Shown: positions 52,089 to 61,641 of the stretch, piece by piece
How the letters are laid out: every line of letters begins with the position of its first letter
How positions within the stretch are numbered: position 1 is the first letter of the stretch
Notes under the pieces: model-generated
Databases searched by the model: none
What the model saw: only the letters and a program-made list of their open reading frames with translations
Told to the model about the DNA's origin: nothing
Source of the DNA: a bacterium
GTDB lineage: Bacteria > Patescibacteriota > Minisyncoccia > Minisyncoccales > JANBVM01
Assembly: GCA_030588745.1 (NCBI GenBank)
Contig: JAUUXB010000003.1
Location: 9,358-73,357, forward strand
DNA length: 64,000 nt
Reading direction: 5' to 3'
Program-made: the position numbers and the translations under genes

Positions 52089-53413
52089 TGTCCTGTTGTT
52101 TTTTCTACTTCTTCAATCGTTGTTATTCCCTCTAAAACCTTTATTAAGCCGTCTTGATACATTGTTGTCATACCTTTTTCAATTGCTTTTTCTCTTAATG
52201 CAGCAATTGAAGGTGAAGCAAGAATGAATTTCTCCATTTCATCATCAATTAAGAACGCTTCATAAATACCTGTTCTTCCTTTATAGCCAGTATTATTACA
52301 ATCCTTGCAGCCTATAGCAGTGGGAATCTCTAAATCTTTACCAATTTTGCTCACTTTTATATTTTTTGGCAGTTTTTTAAATTCTTGTTTGAATTTTTCA
52401 AGCTCTTGAAGAGAAGCTTTTTTTATTTTAGCGCACTTTTTACAAACTCTTCTGATTAACCTTTGAGCTATAGCCATATTAATTGCAGGAGCAATGTTTA
52501 CTGCCTTTTCCCCTAATGCCTGCATCCTGGCCACTGTTCCAGCGGCATCATTTGTATGAAGGGTTGTGAAAACCAGATGTCCTGTTAAAGCAGCTTGGAG
52601 CGCTATGCTTGCAGTTTCTAAATCCCTTACTTCTCCTACCAATACTACGTCAGGATCTTGTCTCATAATAGAGCGTAGCCCATTAGCAAAACCATATCCT
52701 TTTTTAGGATTAACCTGGGTTTGAGAAATACCACCTAAATGATATTCAATTGGGTCTTCAATGGTAATAATCTTTGTTTCTGGACTTTGAATCTTTTTTA
52801 AAAACGCATATAAGGTTGTAGTCTTACCAGAACCAGTGGGTCCGGTAATAATAATCATTCCATTTGGCTTTTTAATTTCTTTTTGAAATAAATCAAAAAG
52901 GTCTTTCCTTAGCCCCAAAGCTTCAAGATTAATCAAGCTTTTTGGGTTTAGAATCCTTAATACTATTGTTTCTCCATATTCAGATGGAAGAATTGAAGTT
53001 CTAACCTCTATGAGTAAAGGTTTTTCTTCTGTCTTGTCAGGTGGCGTTAAAATAGAAAACCGACCATCTTGAGGTCGATCTGTAATATTTAATTGCAGCT
53101 TTGAAAGAAGCTTTACTCTTGATATTATTGACTGGTATGTTTTTTTATCTAAAGACAAAACATTCTGCAAAAGCCCATCTATTCTTATACGAAGATTAGT
53201 ACTCTCTTCTTTTGGTTCAAAGTGAATATCAGAGGCCTTTAAGTATATTGTTCCTCCTAGAATAATCTCTAATATTTCTGTTAATTTTCCTTTAAGCGAA
53301 ACCTCAATTTTCTTTTTAAAGTCAGAGATGTTTTTTACCTCTTTTTTAATTTCAGAAAAAATGTCTTTTGTTATTTCTGTTTCTCCAGTTATTTTTTTTG
53401 AAATTTCTTGCAT
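52085..53413 (-). CDS. Second GspE/PilB-family secretion ATPase, N-terminally short (442 aa)
   Basis: Walker A GPTGSGKTTT, VVLVGEVRD, TGHLVFTTLHTN, and Cys motifs CKKCAK ... CKDCNNTGYKGRTGIYE. Confidence 0.85.
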   Translation of the reverse strand: MQEISKKITGETEITKDIFSEIKKEVKNISDFKKKIEVSLKGKLTEILEIILGGTIYLKASDIHFEPKEESTNLRIRIDGLLQNVLSLDKKTYQSIISRVKLLSKLQLNITDRPQDGRFSILTPPDKTEEKPLLIEVRTSILPSEYGETIVLRILNPKSLINLEALGLRKDLFDLFQKEIKKPNGMIIITGPTGSGKTTTLYAFLKKIQSPETKIITIEDPIEYHLGGISQTQVNPKKGYGFANGLRSIMRQDPDVVLVGEVRDLETASIALQAALTGHLVFTTLHTNDAAGTVARMQALGEKAVNIAPAINMAIAQRLIRRVCKKCAKIKKASLQELEKFKQEFKKLPKNIKVSKIGKDLEIPTAIGCKDCNNTGYKGRTGIYEAFLIDDEMEKFILASPSIAALREKAIEKGMTTMYQDGLIKVLEGITTIEEVEKTTGQ

Positions 53414-53516
53414 AAAAATCTAAAATAGATAAAGTGAGAAATAATTGATAATCAGTATTAGTTGAACTTATCTTATCTTCATTAAAAAGTCAATTTCACT
53501 GATTTTTAATTCAAAA

Positions 53517-53984
53517 ATGAAACCTCAATATATTACTAATACTGCCAGAGAAACAAGAAGTTTAGGCAAGGATCTGGCAGAAAAAATTCTAAAAACAAAA
53601 ATCAAAACAAAAACCCAGGTTTTAGCTTTAAGGGGTGAATTAGGCGGAGGAAAAACAACATTTCTACAAGGTTTTGCTAAAGGATTGGGAATAAGACAAA
53701 AGATTTTAAGCCCAACCTTTGTTATTTTGAAAAAGTTTAAGATTAAACATACAAACTTTAAACTCTTTTTTCATATTGATTGCTACCGTATTAAAAAACC
53801 CAAAGAGATTTTAGATTTAGGATTTAAAGAAATTGTTTCTGATTTTAAAAACATTGTTGTTGTTGAGTGGGCTAAACGTATTGAAAAAATACTGCCTCCA
53901 AATACAATTTTTATTGATTTTGAGTTTCACAATAAAAATAAAAGAAAAATAATAATTCAATGGCCAAAGAAAAAAAACGCTTAA
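53517..53984 (+). CDS. tsaE: tRNA t6A biosynthesis ATPase TsaE
   Basis: LALRGELGGGKTTFLQGFAKGLGI and SPTFVIL are characteristic. Confidence 0.8.
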   Translation: MKPQYITNTARETRSLGKDLAEKILKTKIKTKTQVLALRGELGGGKTTFLQGFAKGLGIRQKILSPTFVILKKFKIKHTNFKLFFHIDCYRIKKPKEILDLGFKEIVSDFKNIVVVEWAKRIEKILPPNTIFIDFEFHNKNKRKIIIQWPKKKNA

Positions 53985-54919
53985 TTATTCTTGATAGTAA
54001 TTCAATAATTCACAGAGCTTTTCATGCTTTACCTCCTTTAACAACTAAAAAAGGAGAAATAGTTAATGCTGTTTATGGTTTTTTACTTGTATTTTTAAAA
54101 GCAATTAAAGAATTTAAACCAGACTATATTGCAGCTTGTTTTGATTTTCCTGCTCCTACTTTTCGTCATAAGAAATTCAAAAAATACAAGGCAAAAAGAC
54201 CAAAAGCGCCGGACGAGCTTTATGAACAAATCCCAAAAGTAAAACAAGTTCTAAAAGCTTTTGATGTTGAAGTTTTAGAAAAGGAGGGGTTTGAGGCAGA
54301 TGATATTATTGGAACAATTAGTAAAAAGTTTCCTAAAAAACAAATTCTGCCTGAAGTTGAGACAATTATTTTAAGTGGAGATTTAGATATTCTTCAACTA
54401 GTTGATAAACATACAAAAGTTTATTTTCTAAAAAGAGGAGTTAAAAATACTGTGCTTTATGACGAGGATTTAGTTAGGGAAAGATATGAAGGTTTAAGCT
54501 TTGACCAGTTGATTGATTTAAGAGCTTTAAGAGGTGATCCTTCAGATAATATTCCAGGAATAACAGGAATAGGAGAAAAAACTGCAATTAAGCTCTTAAA
54601 AGAATTTGCCACACTGGAAAAATTATACAAGCACCTGGAGGGCAGAACAAAAGAATCAGAGCAAATAAAGCCAAGAATAAAAGAGCTTTTAATCAAGCAT
54701 AAGGAACAAGCCTTTTTCAGCCAGGAATTAGCCACGATCTATAAGAACGTGCCAATTGAAGTTAGTCCTAAGGCCTATAGGTGGGATAAATATGATAAAA
54801 GCAAAGCAATTAAAGTTTTAGAAGAATTTGGGTTCAGTAGCTTGATAAAAAGATTATCAGAAAAGCCAGAAAAAGAGAAAAAACAGGAAAAAAGTGCCAG
54901 GGAATTAACATTGTGGTAA
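53960..54919 (+). CDS. Stand-alone 5'-3' exonuclease (Pol I N-terminal / FEN-like domain)
   Basis: LIILDSNSIIHRAFHA, FEADDIIGT, LSGDLDILQLV and LRGDPSDNIPGITGIGEKTA. There is no polymerase domain. Confidence 0.85.
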   Translation: MAKEKKRLIILDSNSIIHRAFHALPPLTTKKGEIVNAVYGFLLVFLKAIKEFKPDYIAACFDFPAPTFRHKKFKKYKAKRPKAPDELYEQIPKVKQVLKAFDVEVLEKEGFEADDIIGTISKKFPKKQILPEVETIILSGDLDILQLVDKHTKVYFLKRGVKNTVLYDEDLVRERYEGLSFDQLIDLRALRGDPSDNIPGITGIGEKTAIKLLKEFATLEKLYKHLEGRTKESEQIKPRIKELLIKHKEQAFFSQELATIYKNVPIEVSPKAYRWDKYDKSKAIKVLEEFGFSSLIKRLSEKPEKEKKQEKSARELTLW

Positions 54920-54937
54920 AATATTTAAAAGAAAGAT

Positions 54938-55828
54938 ATGAATAATAAGAACATAGAAATTTTATTGAAAAAAGTGATCTGGGCCATTATTTCAGTAATA
55001 ATCACCTTAGCAATTTTTCTTGTTGTTTTGCTTATTTTAAAATATGTTTTTGAAGTTCCGCTTCCTATTGAAGTTTTTTTCTGGCTAATTTTCTGGATAG
55101 CAGCTTTATTGGCTTTTCGTTTTTATATAGAGAGAAAAAAAGATATTCATGTTATTAATAGAGCTCATTTTAGGTTTTTTATTATCCACGTTTTAATTCT
55201 AACGATGATTGTTTATTATCTTGGAGGAATAGAATCTTTTGTTCCTCTTTCATATGCTACGATAATAATTTATTCAGTTTTTCTTTTGTCTGAAAAAAGA
55301 AGTTTTATCATAACCTTTTTATCCATATTATCGTTTTCAACTCTGGTTGCTTTAGAATATTTTAATATTATTCCTCATATAGCGCCTTTTGGAACTACTG
55401 GAGTTTATAAAGACCCATATCATATTTTTTCAAGAGTTATTACAATTTTTATAACCTTTATATTGTTAGCATTAGTCGCAAATCGCTATTCGAAAATAAT
55501 AAGAAAACAAAGCAGTGATATATTAACAACACAAGCTGAGTTGGAAAAAACCAACAAAGATTTAAAACAAAAAGTAAAAGAGCTAGAAAACACGCGAGCT
55601 ATTCTAGAAGATACTAAAAAAACTTTAGAAGTAAGAGTAGCGGCTAGAGTCAAAGAATTAGAAGAATTAACTCAAAGCCTTGAAGAGAAAGTTAAAAAAA
55701 GAACAAAAGAAATTCAAAAAAATGTTCAGGAGCTGGAAAAATTTCAAAAGTTTGCTGTAGGTAGAGAATTAAAAATGATAGAATTAAAAAAGAAGATAAA
55801 AGAAATAAAAAATAATAATAAAAAATAA
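54938..55828 (+). CDS. Multi-pass membrane protein with a C-terminal coiled coil (possible sensor module without a kinase domain)
   Basis: About 6 TM helices, then coiled coil containing RAILEDTKKTLE and FAVGRELKMIELKKKIKE. No H-box or ATPase motifs. Confidence 0.5.
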   Translation: MNNKNIEILLKKVIWAIISVIITLAIFLVVLLILKYVFEVPLPIEVFFWLIFWIAALLAFRFYIERKKDIHVINRAHFRFFIIHVLILTMIVYYLGGIESFVPLSYATIIIYSVFLLSEKRSFIITFLSILSFSTLVALEYFNIIPHIAPFGTTGVYKDPYHIFSRVITIFITFILLALVANRYSKIIRKQSSDILTTQAELEKTNKDLKQKVKELENTRAILEDTKKTLEVRVAARVKELEELTQSLEEKVKKRTKEIQKNVQELEKFQKFAVGRELKMIELKKKIKEIKNNNKK

Positions 55829-55851
55829 TAACTAATCTTATTCTAAAATAT

Positions 55852-56457
55852 ATGAACAATACTATCAACAAAGAAACAGTTAATGACTTAATGAAAATAA
55901 AAGGTGAAGTAAGGGGTGTGGTCTTAAAAACAGATGAAGAATATATTCTTAAGGAAAAAGGAAAAGAAGGATTAGAAAAAGTAGAACAAAAATTAAAAGA
56001 ATTAGGTCATCCTATAAAATATGAAGAAATCAGAACAATGGATTTTTATCCAGTAGGATTAAGAGTACTTTCCCTTTTAGCAGTCAGAGAAGTGTTTAAT
56101 TTTAGTGATGAGGAGATTAGAAAGATAGGGACTTTTGCAACAAAAATGTCTTTAATTATCCGACTGTTTACCAAGTATTTTCTTTCTGTGAGAAGGGTTG
56201 TGATGAAGGAATCCCCTAGAATATGGAGCAAGCACTGGACAGTTGGAAAACTGGTTCCAGTAGAGCTTAATGAAAAACAGAAATACGCTGTTATAAGAGT
56301 AGAGGGGTTTGATCTTCATCCTATATATTGCATTTATTTAGAAGGATATTTTGCAGGAATCCTTCAGATGCTGGTTAAATCTCCTAAGGTAGATACTAAA
56401 GAAACAAAATGCGCTTTTAAAGGAGAGCCCTATCACGAATTTTTAATAAAATGGTAG
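55852..56457 (+). CDS. Small soluble putative ligand-binding protein (DUF2378/V4R-like by recollection)
   Basis: 201-aa ORF whose stop overlaps the start of the PAS kinase gene. The family assignment is tentative. Confidence 0.4.
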   Translation: MNNTINKETVNDLMKIKGEVRGVVLKTDEEYILKEKGKEGLEKVEQKLKELGHPIKYEEIRTMDFYPVGLRVLSLLAVREVFNFSDEEIRKIGTFATKMSLIIRLFTKYFLSVRRVVMKESPRIWSKHWTVGKLVPVELNEKQKYAVIRVEGFDLHPIYCIYLEGYFAGILQMLVKSPKVDTKETKCAFKGEPYHEFLIKW

Positions 56458-58007
56458 CAACAGAATCATCAGAAGAAAAAAAGCTATCTCTTTTAGCTGA
56501 TGACTTAGCGTCACTTGAAAACTATATTCATGATCTTTTTAGTTTTTCTCCCTTGCCAATTTGTTTTATTAGCCCAATTGGTGTAGTTTTAGAAGTTAAT
56601 CCTGCTTTTGAAAATATTTCAGGATTTAAATCTTATGAGATTATTGGAGAATCTATTGAAAAAGTATTTAAAAAAGATGAAGCAGAGAGTTTAACAAAGA
56701 ATACATTGGAAAAAAGGGTTATTGAAGGAAAAGAAATGACCCTTTCTCCTAAAGGAAAAGAAAAGATATTTATCCAAGCCTTTACAAGAGTAAGGAAAGA
56801 TGAAAAAGGAAAAATAGTTGGTTATTTTTTAGGTCTTTTTGATTTAACAAAAATCAAGGAAACTGAAAGTGAATTGAGGGAAGCTCAATTAGCTTTAATG
56901 AATATTTTAGAAGACACTGAAGGCGCAAGAAAAATAGCTGAGGAAGAAAGAAGTAAGACTCAGGAAATCATCAATAGTCTTGCTGATGGTTTGTTGGTTT
57001 TTGATAAAACAAACTATTTGGCCTTAATGAATCCACGAGCTGAAAAACTCCTAACAGTTAAAAGAGAAGAGTTAATTGGACAAAGAGCTGTAGATTTTTT
57101 CAAATTTGAATCATTAAAGAATCTAGCAGATTTAATTGGCGGAGAAATAAAAGAAGACTTGTTTAGAAGAGAACTGAAATTAACAAAGAATTTTATCCTG
57201 GAAGTTTCTACAGTTCCTTTAGTGGCTAATGGGACAAGGATTGGTTCGTTGGTAATACTCCATGATGTTAGCCGCGAGAAAATAGTTGAGCGCATGAAAA
57301 CTGAATTTGTTTCTATTGCTGCTCATCAGTTAAGAACTCCTCTTTCTGCAATAAAGTGGACATTGAAAATGATGCTGGACGGAGATTTAGGAGAGATATC
57401 AATAGAGCAACGTGAGTTTTTAAATAAAACCTATCGTTCAAACGAAAGAATGATAACTTTAATCAATGACCTTTTAAATGTAACAAGAATTGAAGAAGGA
57501 AGATATTTGTACAGACCTATTTTAAGCGACATTGCGCTAGTTCTTAAATTTGTGATTAATTCTTATCAGGAAGAAGCAAAAAAAAGACAAATTACTCTTA
57601 AATTCAAACAAGTTAAAAAAATAATTCCAAAGGTTTTATTAGATATTGAGAAAATGAAACTAGCTTTTCAGAATCTTATAGATAATGCTTTAAAATACAC
57701 TTTTGCCAAAGGTAAAGTAGTGGTTACTTTAGATAGCAATGGCAAAGAAGTTGTTGTTTCAGTAAAGGATAGTGGGGTGGGTATTGCAGAGGAGCAGAAA
57801 AAAAGGGTGTTTACAAAATTCTTCAGAGGAACAAATGTTATAAAAATGGAAACCGATGGTTCAGGTCTTGGTCTTTTTATTACCAAAAACATTATTGTAT
57901 CCCATGACGGTAGAATTTGGTTTGAATCCAAGCCAGGTAAAGGTACTACTTTTTACTTTGCTATTCCAATCAGAAATCAAACCAATAAGCGTTTGAAGAA
58001 AGCCTAG
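56451..58007 (+). CDS. Cytoplasmic PAS-PAS histidine kinase
   Basis: No TM helices. Two PAS-like regions, a coiled coil with LALMNILEDTE, H-box FVSIAAHQLRTPL, N-box LIDNALKYT, and G-boxes DSGVGIA and GSGLGLFITKNI. Confidence 0.85.
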   Translation: MVATESSEEKKLSLLADDLASLENYIHDLFSFSPLPICFISPIGVVLEVNPAFENISGFKSYEIIGESIEKVFKKDEAESLTKNTLEKRVIEGKEMTLSPKGKEKIFIQAFTRVRKDEKGKIVGYFLGLFDLTKIKETESELREAQLALMNILEDTEGARKIAEEERSKTQEIINSLADGLLVFDKTNYLALMNPRAEKLLTVKREELIGQRAVDFFKFESLKNLADLIGGEIKEDLFRRELKLTKNFILEVSTVPLVANGTRIGSLVILHDVSREKIVERMKTEFVSIAAHQLRTPLSAIKWTLKMMLDGDLGEISIEQREFLNKTYRSNERMITLINDLLNVTRIEEGRYLYRPILSDIALVLKFVINSYQEEAKKRQITLKFKQVKKIIPKVLLDIEKMKLAFQNLIDNALKYTFAKGKVVVTLDSNGKEVVVSVKDSGVGIAEEQKKRVFTKFFRGTNVIKMETDGSGLGLFITKNIIVSHDGRIWFESKPGKGTTFYFAIPIRNQTNKRLKKA

Positions 58008-58077
58008 TTTGACATTGGTTTCTTTTTACTAGTTTGTTATAATAAAATCATTAATCAACACTAATATAATTATAACC

Positions 58078-58446
58078 ATGAAAAAAGTTTTAATAGTTGA
58101 AGATGAAGACATAATAATTGATCTTCTTAAAAAAAAGCTGCTCCAGGAAGGATACGATGTTTCAATAGCTCATGATGGAGAAGAAGGGTTGAAGTCCTTA
58201 AGAGAGATAAAACCAGACATTGTTTTGTTAGATATTGTTATGCCTAAGAAAAGTGGTTATGAGGTGATGGAAGAGATGGGCAAAGACCCAGAGTTGAGTA
58301 AGATACCAATTATTATTATTTCTAATTCAGGCCAACCAGTAGAGCTTGATAAAGCCAAAGATTTAGGAGCAAAAGATTGGTTGATTAAAACAGAGTTTGA
58401 CCCGCAGGAAGTTGCTGACAAGGTAAAAAAACAAATCGGTCAGTAA
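58078..58446 (+). CDS. Response regulator, receiver domain only
   Basis: CheY-like protein with VEDED, DIVLLDIVMPKKSG, IIIISN and WLIK. Confidence 0.85.
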   Translation: MKKVLIVEDEDIIIDLLKKKLLQEGYDVSIAHDGEEGLKSLREIKPDIVLLDIVMPKKSGYEVMEEMGKDPELSKIPIIIISNSGQPVELDKAKDLGAKDWLIKTEFDPQEVADKVKKQIGQ

Positions 58447-58466
58447 TATCATAATTGCTAGTTAAT

Positions 58467-58877
58467 ATGGCAAAAAAAAATTTAAATTCAAAGAATCAAG
58501 GTTCTTCTTCAGGAAAGAAAATTCTTATAATTGAAGATGATAGGTTTTTAAGAGAACTTATTTCCCGCAAACTTTCAGATGATGGTTTTAAAACAGTTGA
58601 GGCAGTGGATGGAGAAGAAGGAATCAAAAAAGTTAAAGAAGAAAAACCTGATTTGATTCTGCTTGACTTGATCCTGCCAAGCATCGATGGGTTTGAGGTT
58701 TTATCCCGGATAAAAAAAGATGAGAGTGTAAAATCCATTCCAGTAATTATATTATCTAATCTCGGCCAAAAAGAAGAGGTTGAGAAAGGTTTGAAGATGG
58801 GAGCTCTTGATTATTTAATTAAGGCTCACTTTACTCCTGGAGAAATTATTTCAAAGATTAAGAATAATTTAAAATAG
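58467..58877 (+). CDS. Response regulator, receiver domain only
   Basis: CheY-like protein with IEDD, DLILLDLILPSIDG, VIILSN and YLIKA. I prefer the ATG at 58467. Confidence 0.8.
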   Translation: MAKKNLNSKNQGSSSGKKILIIEDDRFLRELISRKLSDDGFKTVEAVDGEEGIKKVKEEKPDLILLDLILPSIDGFEVLSRIKKDESVKSIPVIILSNLGQKEEVEKGLKMGALDYLIKAHFTPGEIISKIKNNLK

Positions 58878-59003
58878 TTAATTTTGTAAAAAGCCACCCT
58901 TTAAGCTGTTCATGCTTTATTATCCAGCCCAGAAGGTGGTTTTTTGGTTGACAGAGGCGTTAGTCTTTTTATTTAAGGATAATTGTGTTAATAAAAAAGT
59001 ATT

Positions 59004-59144
59004 ATACCAGAATTACCAGAAGTAGAATCAACTGTTAGAGATTTGCGAAAGAAAATTATTGACAAGAAAACGGTAAAGCTATCAAAAAGTTTTAATAGTT
59101 TCAAAAATTATGATTATTTTTCTTTACGGTCAGGACAATTATAG
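59004..59144 (+). pseudogene. Relic of the N-terminus of formamidopyrimidine-DNA glycosylase (fpg/mutM)
   Basis: The frame reads (ATA)-PELPEVESTVRDLRKKIIDKKTVKL..., matching the invariant Fpg/Nei start MPELPEVET-R-L with ATG replaced by ATA. It stops after 46 codons and overlaps the holA start. Confidence 0.45.
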
Positions 59145-60033
59145 GTCTAGACAGAAACTAAAAGAATTAATTGAGCATTACAAAAAAATCCATAAAATTG
59201 GGCTTAGTTTAAAATATATTGATGCTAGAAAATTAAGCTTTAAAGATTTAGAAGATGAGCTCAAACAAATTTCAATATTTAAAGAAAAGAAATTGCTGAT
59301 ATTAACAAATGTTTTTTCAAACATTGAATTTAAAAAAATCTTTGTGAAAAAAGGAAAAAAATTCATTGAATCCGACAACACAATCTTATTTTATGAGCAA
59401 GATAAAGTTGATAAAAGAGATGCCATGCTTAAATTTTTAAACAAGCATGCCAAGAGCCAGGAGTTTCAACTACTTGAAGGTTCAAGACTAAGAAACTGGT
59501 TAAAAAAAGAATTTCAAGAGCGAAAAGCTAAAATCAAAGGACAGGCCTTGGATAAGTTTATAAGTTTTGTTGACAACAACTCCTGGCAGATGATAAACGA
59601 AGTTCAAAAACTGGCTCATTTTAAGAATGGCAAGGAAATAGAAGTAAGGGACATTGAGCTTTTAATAAAGCCCCATGTTGAGCCAAACATCTTTAACACT
59701 ATTGATGCCATAGCTTCAAAAGATAAAAAAAGAGCCTTAAAACTCTTAAGGGATCATATAAAAAAAGGAGACAATCCCTTTTATTTGTTTTCAATGATTA
59801 ACTATCAATTCAGGAACTTGTTAATTATTAAGGATTTACTTATTAAAAATCTTTCTCCTTATTCTTCAGGACTTCATCCTTTTGTCATTAAAAAAAGCTC
59901 TGTTCTGGCAAGAAAGTTTGATTTTTTAGAACTTAAAAAGATCTATCAGAAAATATTTGAGATAGATCTTAGTATTAAGACAGGGAAATCTGACGCTGAA
60001 ACAGCTTTAGATTTGTTAATTACCGGGATTTAG
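59110..60033 (+). CDS. holA: DNA polymerase III delta subunit
   Basis: 307 aa with an N-terminus MIIFLYGQDNY, and helical domain patterns (NIFNTIDAIASKDKKRALKLL) typical of HolA. Confidence 0.75.
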   Translation: MIIFLYGQDNYRSRQKLKELIEHYKKIHKIGLSLKYIDARKLSFKDLEDELKQISIFKEKKLLILTNVFSNIEFKKIFVKKGKKFIESDNTILFYEQDKVDKRDAMLKFLNKHAKSQEFQLLEGSRLRNWLKKEFQERKAKIKGQALDKFISFVDNNSWQMINEVQKLAHFKNGKEIEVRDIELLIKPHVEPNIFNTIDAIASKDKKRALKLLRDHIKKGDNPFYLFSMINYQFRNLLIIKDLLIKNLSPYSSGLHPFVIKKSSVLARKFDFLELKKIYQKIFEIDLSIKTGKSDAETALDLLITGI

Positions 60034-60283
60034 CAAGAGCTTTTGTTAGTCTTGATTTTATTCTTGAGGCGGTATTTTCTTTCATTAAACCAACCTTAGC
60101 TGCTTTATCCAGGGCTTTATACACTTTTGGTAAAGCCTTTTTTGCTTCGCTGATTTTATTCTCTGAAATAAAACCCTTCACTTCTTTTAAAAGGGTTCTG
60201 ATTTTTTGTTTTTGAGCTCTGTTTCTTGTTCTTCTTTTTTTACTTTGCCTCAGGGCTTTTTTTGCAGATTTTTTAATTGGCAT
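60020..60283 (-). CDS. rpsT: 30S ribosomal protein S20
   Basis: MPIKKSAKKALRQSKKRRTRNRAQKQKIRTLLKEV is canonical S20. Confidence 0.9.
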   Translation of the reverse strand: MPIKKSAKKALRQSKKRRTRNRAQKQKIRTLLKEVKGFISENKISEAKKALPKVYKALDKAAKVGLMKENTASRIKSRLTKALAKSR

Positions 60284-60372
60284 AATATTAGAGTATGTGT
60301 ATTCTAAATTATTTTTATTATTAAATCAAGAACTTTTCATAATTTCCTGAATTTATGTAAAAATAAGAGATA

Positions 60373-61641
60373 ATGAAGCAAATTATTAAAAAAGTCATTC
60401 CCTATTTCTTACTGGACTGGTATCATTTTTTATGGTCTTTTTTAGGAGCCTTGATTTATGGTTTTCCATCTAAGAAACTAAAGATAATTGGAGTTACAGG
60501 AACTAACGGCAAATCAACTGTAATTGAAATGATATCAGTGATTTTAGAAGAAGCTGGTTTTAAAATAGCTGTTTTATCTTCGATTAAGTTCAAAATAGCT
60601 GATAAAGAAGAACCAAACATGCTTAAAATGACAATGCCAGGGCGTTTTACTCTGCAAAGATTTTTAAAGCAAGCAGTTAACTCAAAATGCCAGTATGCTG
60701 TTATAGAGGTTACTTCAGAGGGTATAAAACAGCACCGTCATAGATTTGTTGATTTTAGCTTGGCAGTTTTTACAAACCTCAGCCCTGAGCACATTGAGGC
60801 GCATGGTTCTTTTGAAAAATATAGGGAGGCAAAAGAAGAGCTTTTCAAAATTACAAAAGGCGTTCATGTCTTAAATACTGACGATGAGAATGTTAGTTAT
60901 TTTTTGAAATATCAGGCTGATAAAAAATATGGTTATGGTTTGACAGCCAGTAAAGATACTAACTACCAACTATTGGCTACTAGCTACGAAAGTAATGCCA
61001 ATGGTATAGTTTTTGAAATAAACAATAAAGTATTTAGACTAAACTTGTTTGCTCAATTCAACATCTACAATGCTTTAGCAGCAATCTCTGTCGGCCTATC
61101 AGAAGGTATTAGCTTAGAAACCTGTAAAAAAGCTTTGGAGAAAATAAAACAAGTGCCAGGCAGGATGGAAATAGTTATATCAGCTCCTTTTAAAGTTATT
61201 GTTGATTATGCCTTTACCCCCAATGCTCTTGAAAAGGTTTATAGTTCAATTAAAGATGACTTTAATCCTTCTAGAATGATATGTGTTTTAGGTGCAGCTG
61301 GAGGAGGAAGAGATAAATGGAAAAGACCTGTTTTAGGAAAAATAGCAAAAGAATATTGTGATAAAATTATTATTACCAATGAAGATCCTTATGATGAAGA
61401 TCCAATGGAAATTATAAATCAAATAGCAGAAGGCGCTGAGAATAGCACCCAAAAGATACTGGATAGAAGAGAAGCTATAAGAGATTCCTTAAAGCAGGCA
61501 AAAAAACAAGACTTAGTTATAATTACAGGAAAAGGATGCGAGCCATGGATATGTGTTGAGAATGGAAAAAAGATTCCTTGGGACGATAGAAAAATAGTAA
61601 AACAAGAGTTTGAAAAACTAAATTATGGTATCAAAAAATAA
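60373..61641 (+). CDS. Mur ligase family protein (MurE-like, short N-terminus)
   Basis: P-loop GVTGTNGKST at about residue 42, DYAFTPNALEKV and GAAGGGRDKWKRPVLG. The segment equivalent to the MurE DNPR motif reads NEDPY. Confidence 0.75.
   Translation: MKQIIKKVIPYFLLDWYHFLWSFLGALIYGFPSKKLKIIGVTGTNGKSTVIEMISVILEEAGFKIAVLSSIKFKIADKEEPNMLKMTMPGRFTLQRFLKQAVNSKCQYAVIEVTSEGIKQHRHRFVDFSLAVFTNLSPEHIEAHGSFEKYREAKEELFKITKGVHVLNTDDENVSYFLKYQADKKYGYGLTASKDTNYQLLATSYESNANGIVFEINNKVFRLNLFAQFNIYNALAAISVGLSEGISLETCKKALEKIKQVPGRMEIVISAPFKVIVDYAFTPNALEKVYSSIKDDFNPSRMICVLGAAGGGRDKWKRPVLGKIAKEYCDKIIITNEDPYDEDPMEIINQIAEGAENSTQKILDRREAIRDSLKQAKKQDLVIITGKGCEPWICVENGKKIPWDDRKIVKQEFEKLNYGIKK

Noticed and set aside
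60373-61641. The Mur ligase with a very short N-terminus (P-loop at residue 42) and NEDPY in place of the MurE DNPR motif, considered as a possible novel specificity.
   Set aside because: I recall this short-N-terminus architecture being common among annotated MurE-like ligases of small-genome and Gram-positive bacteria. Without an alignment the motif equivalence is uncertain. It is kept as a feature note only.
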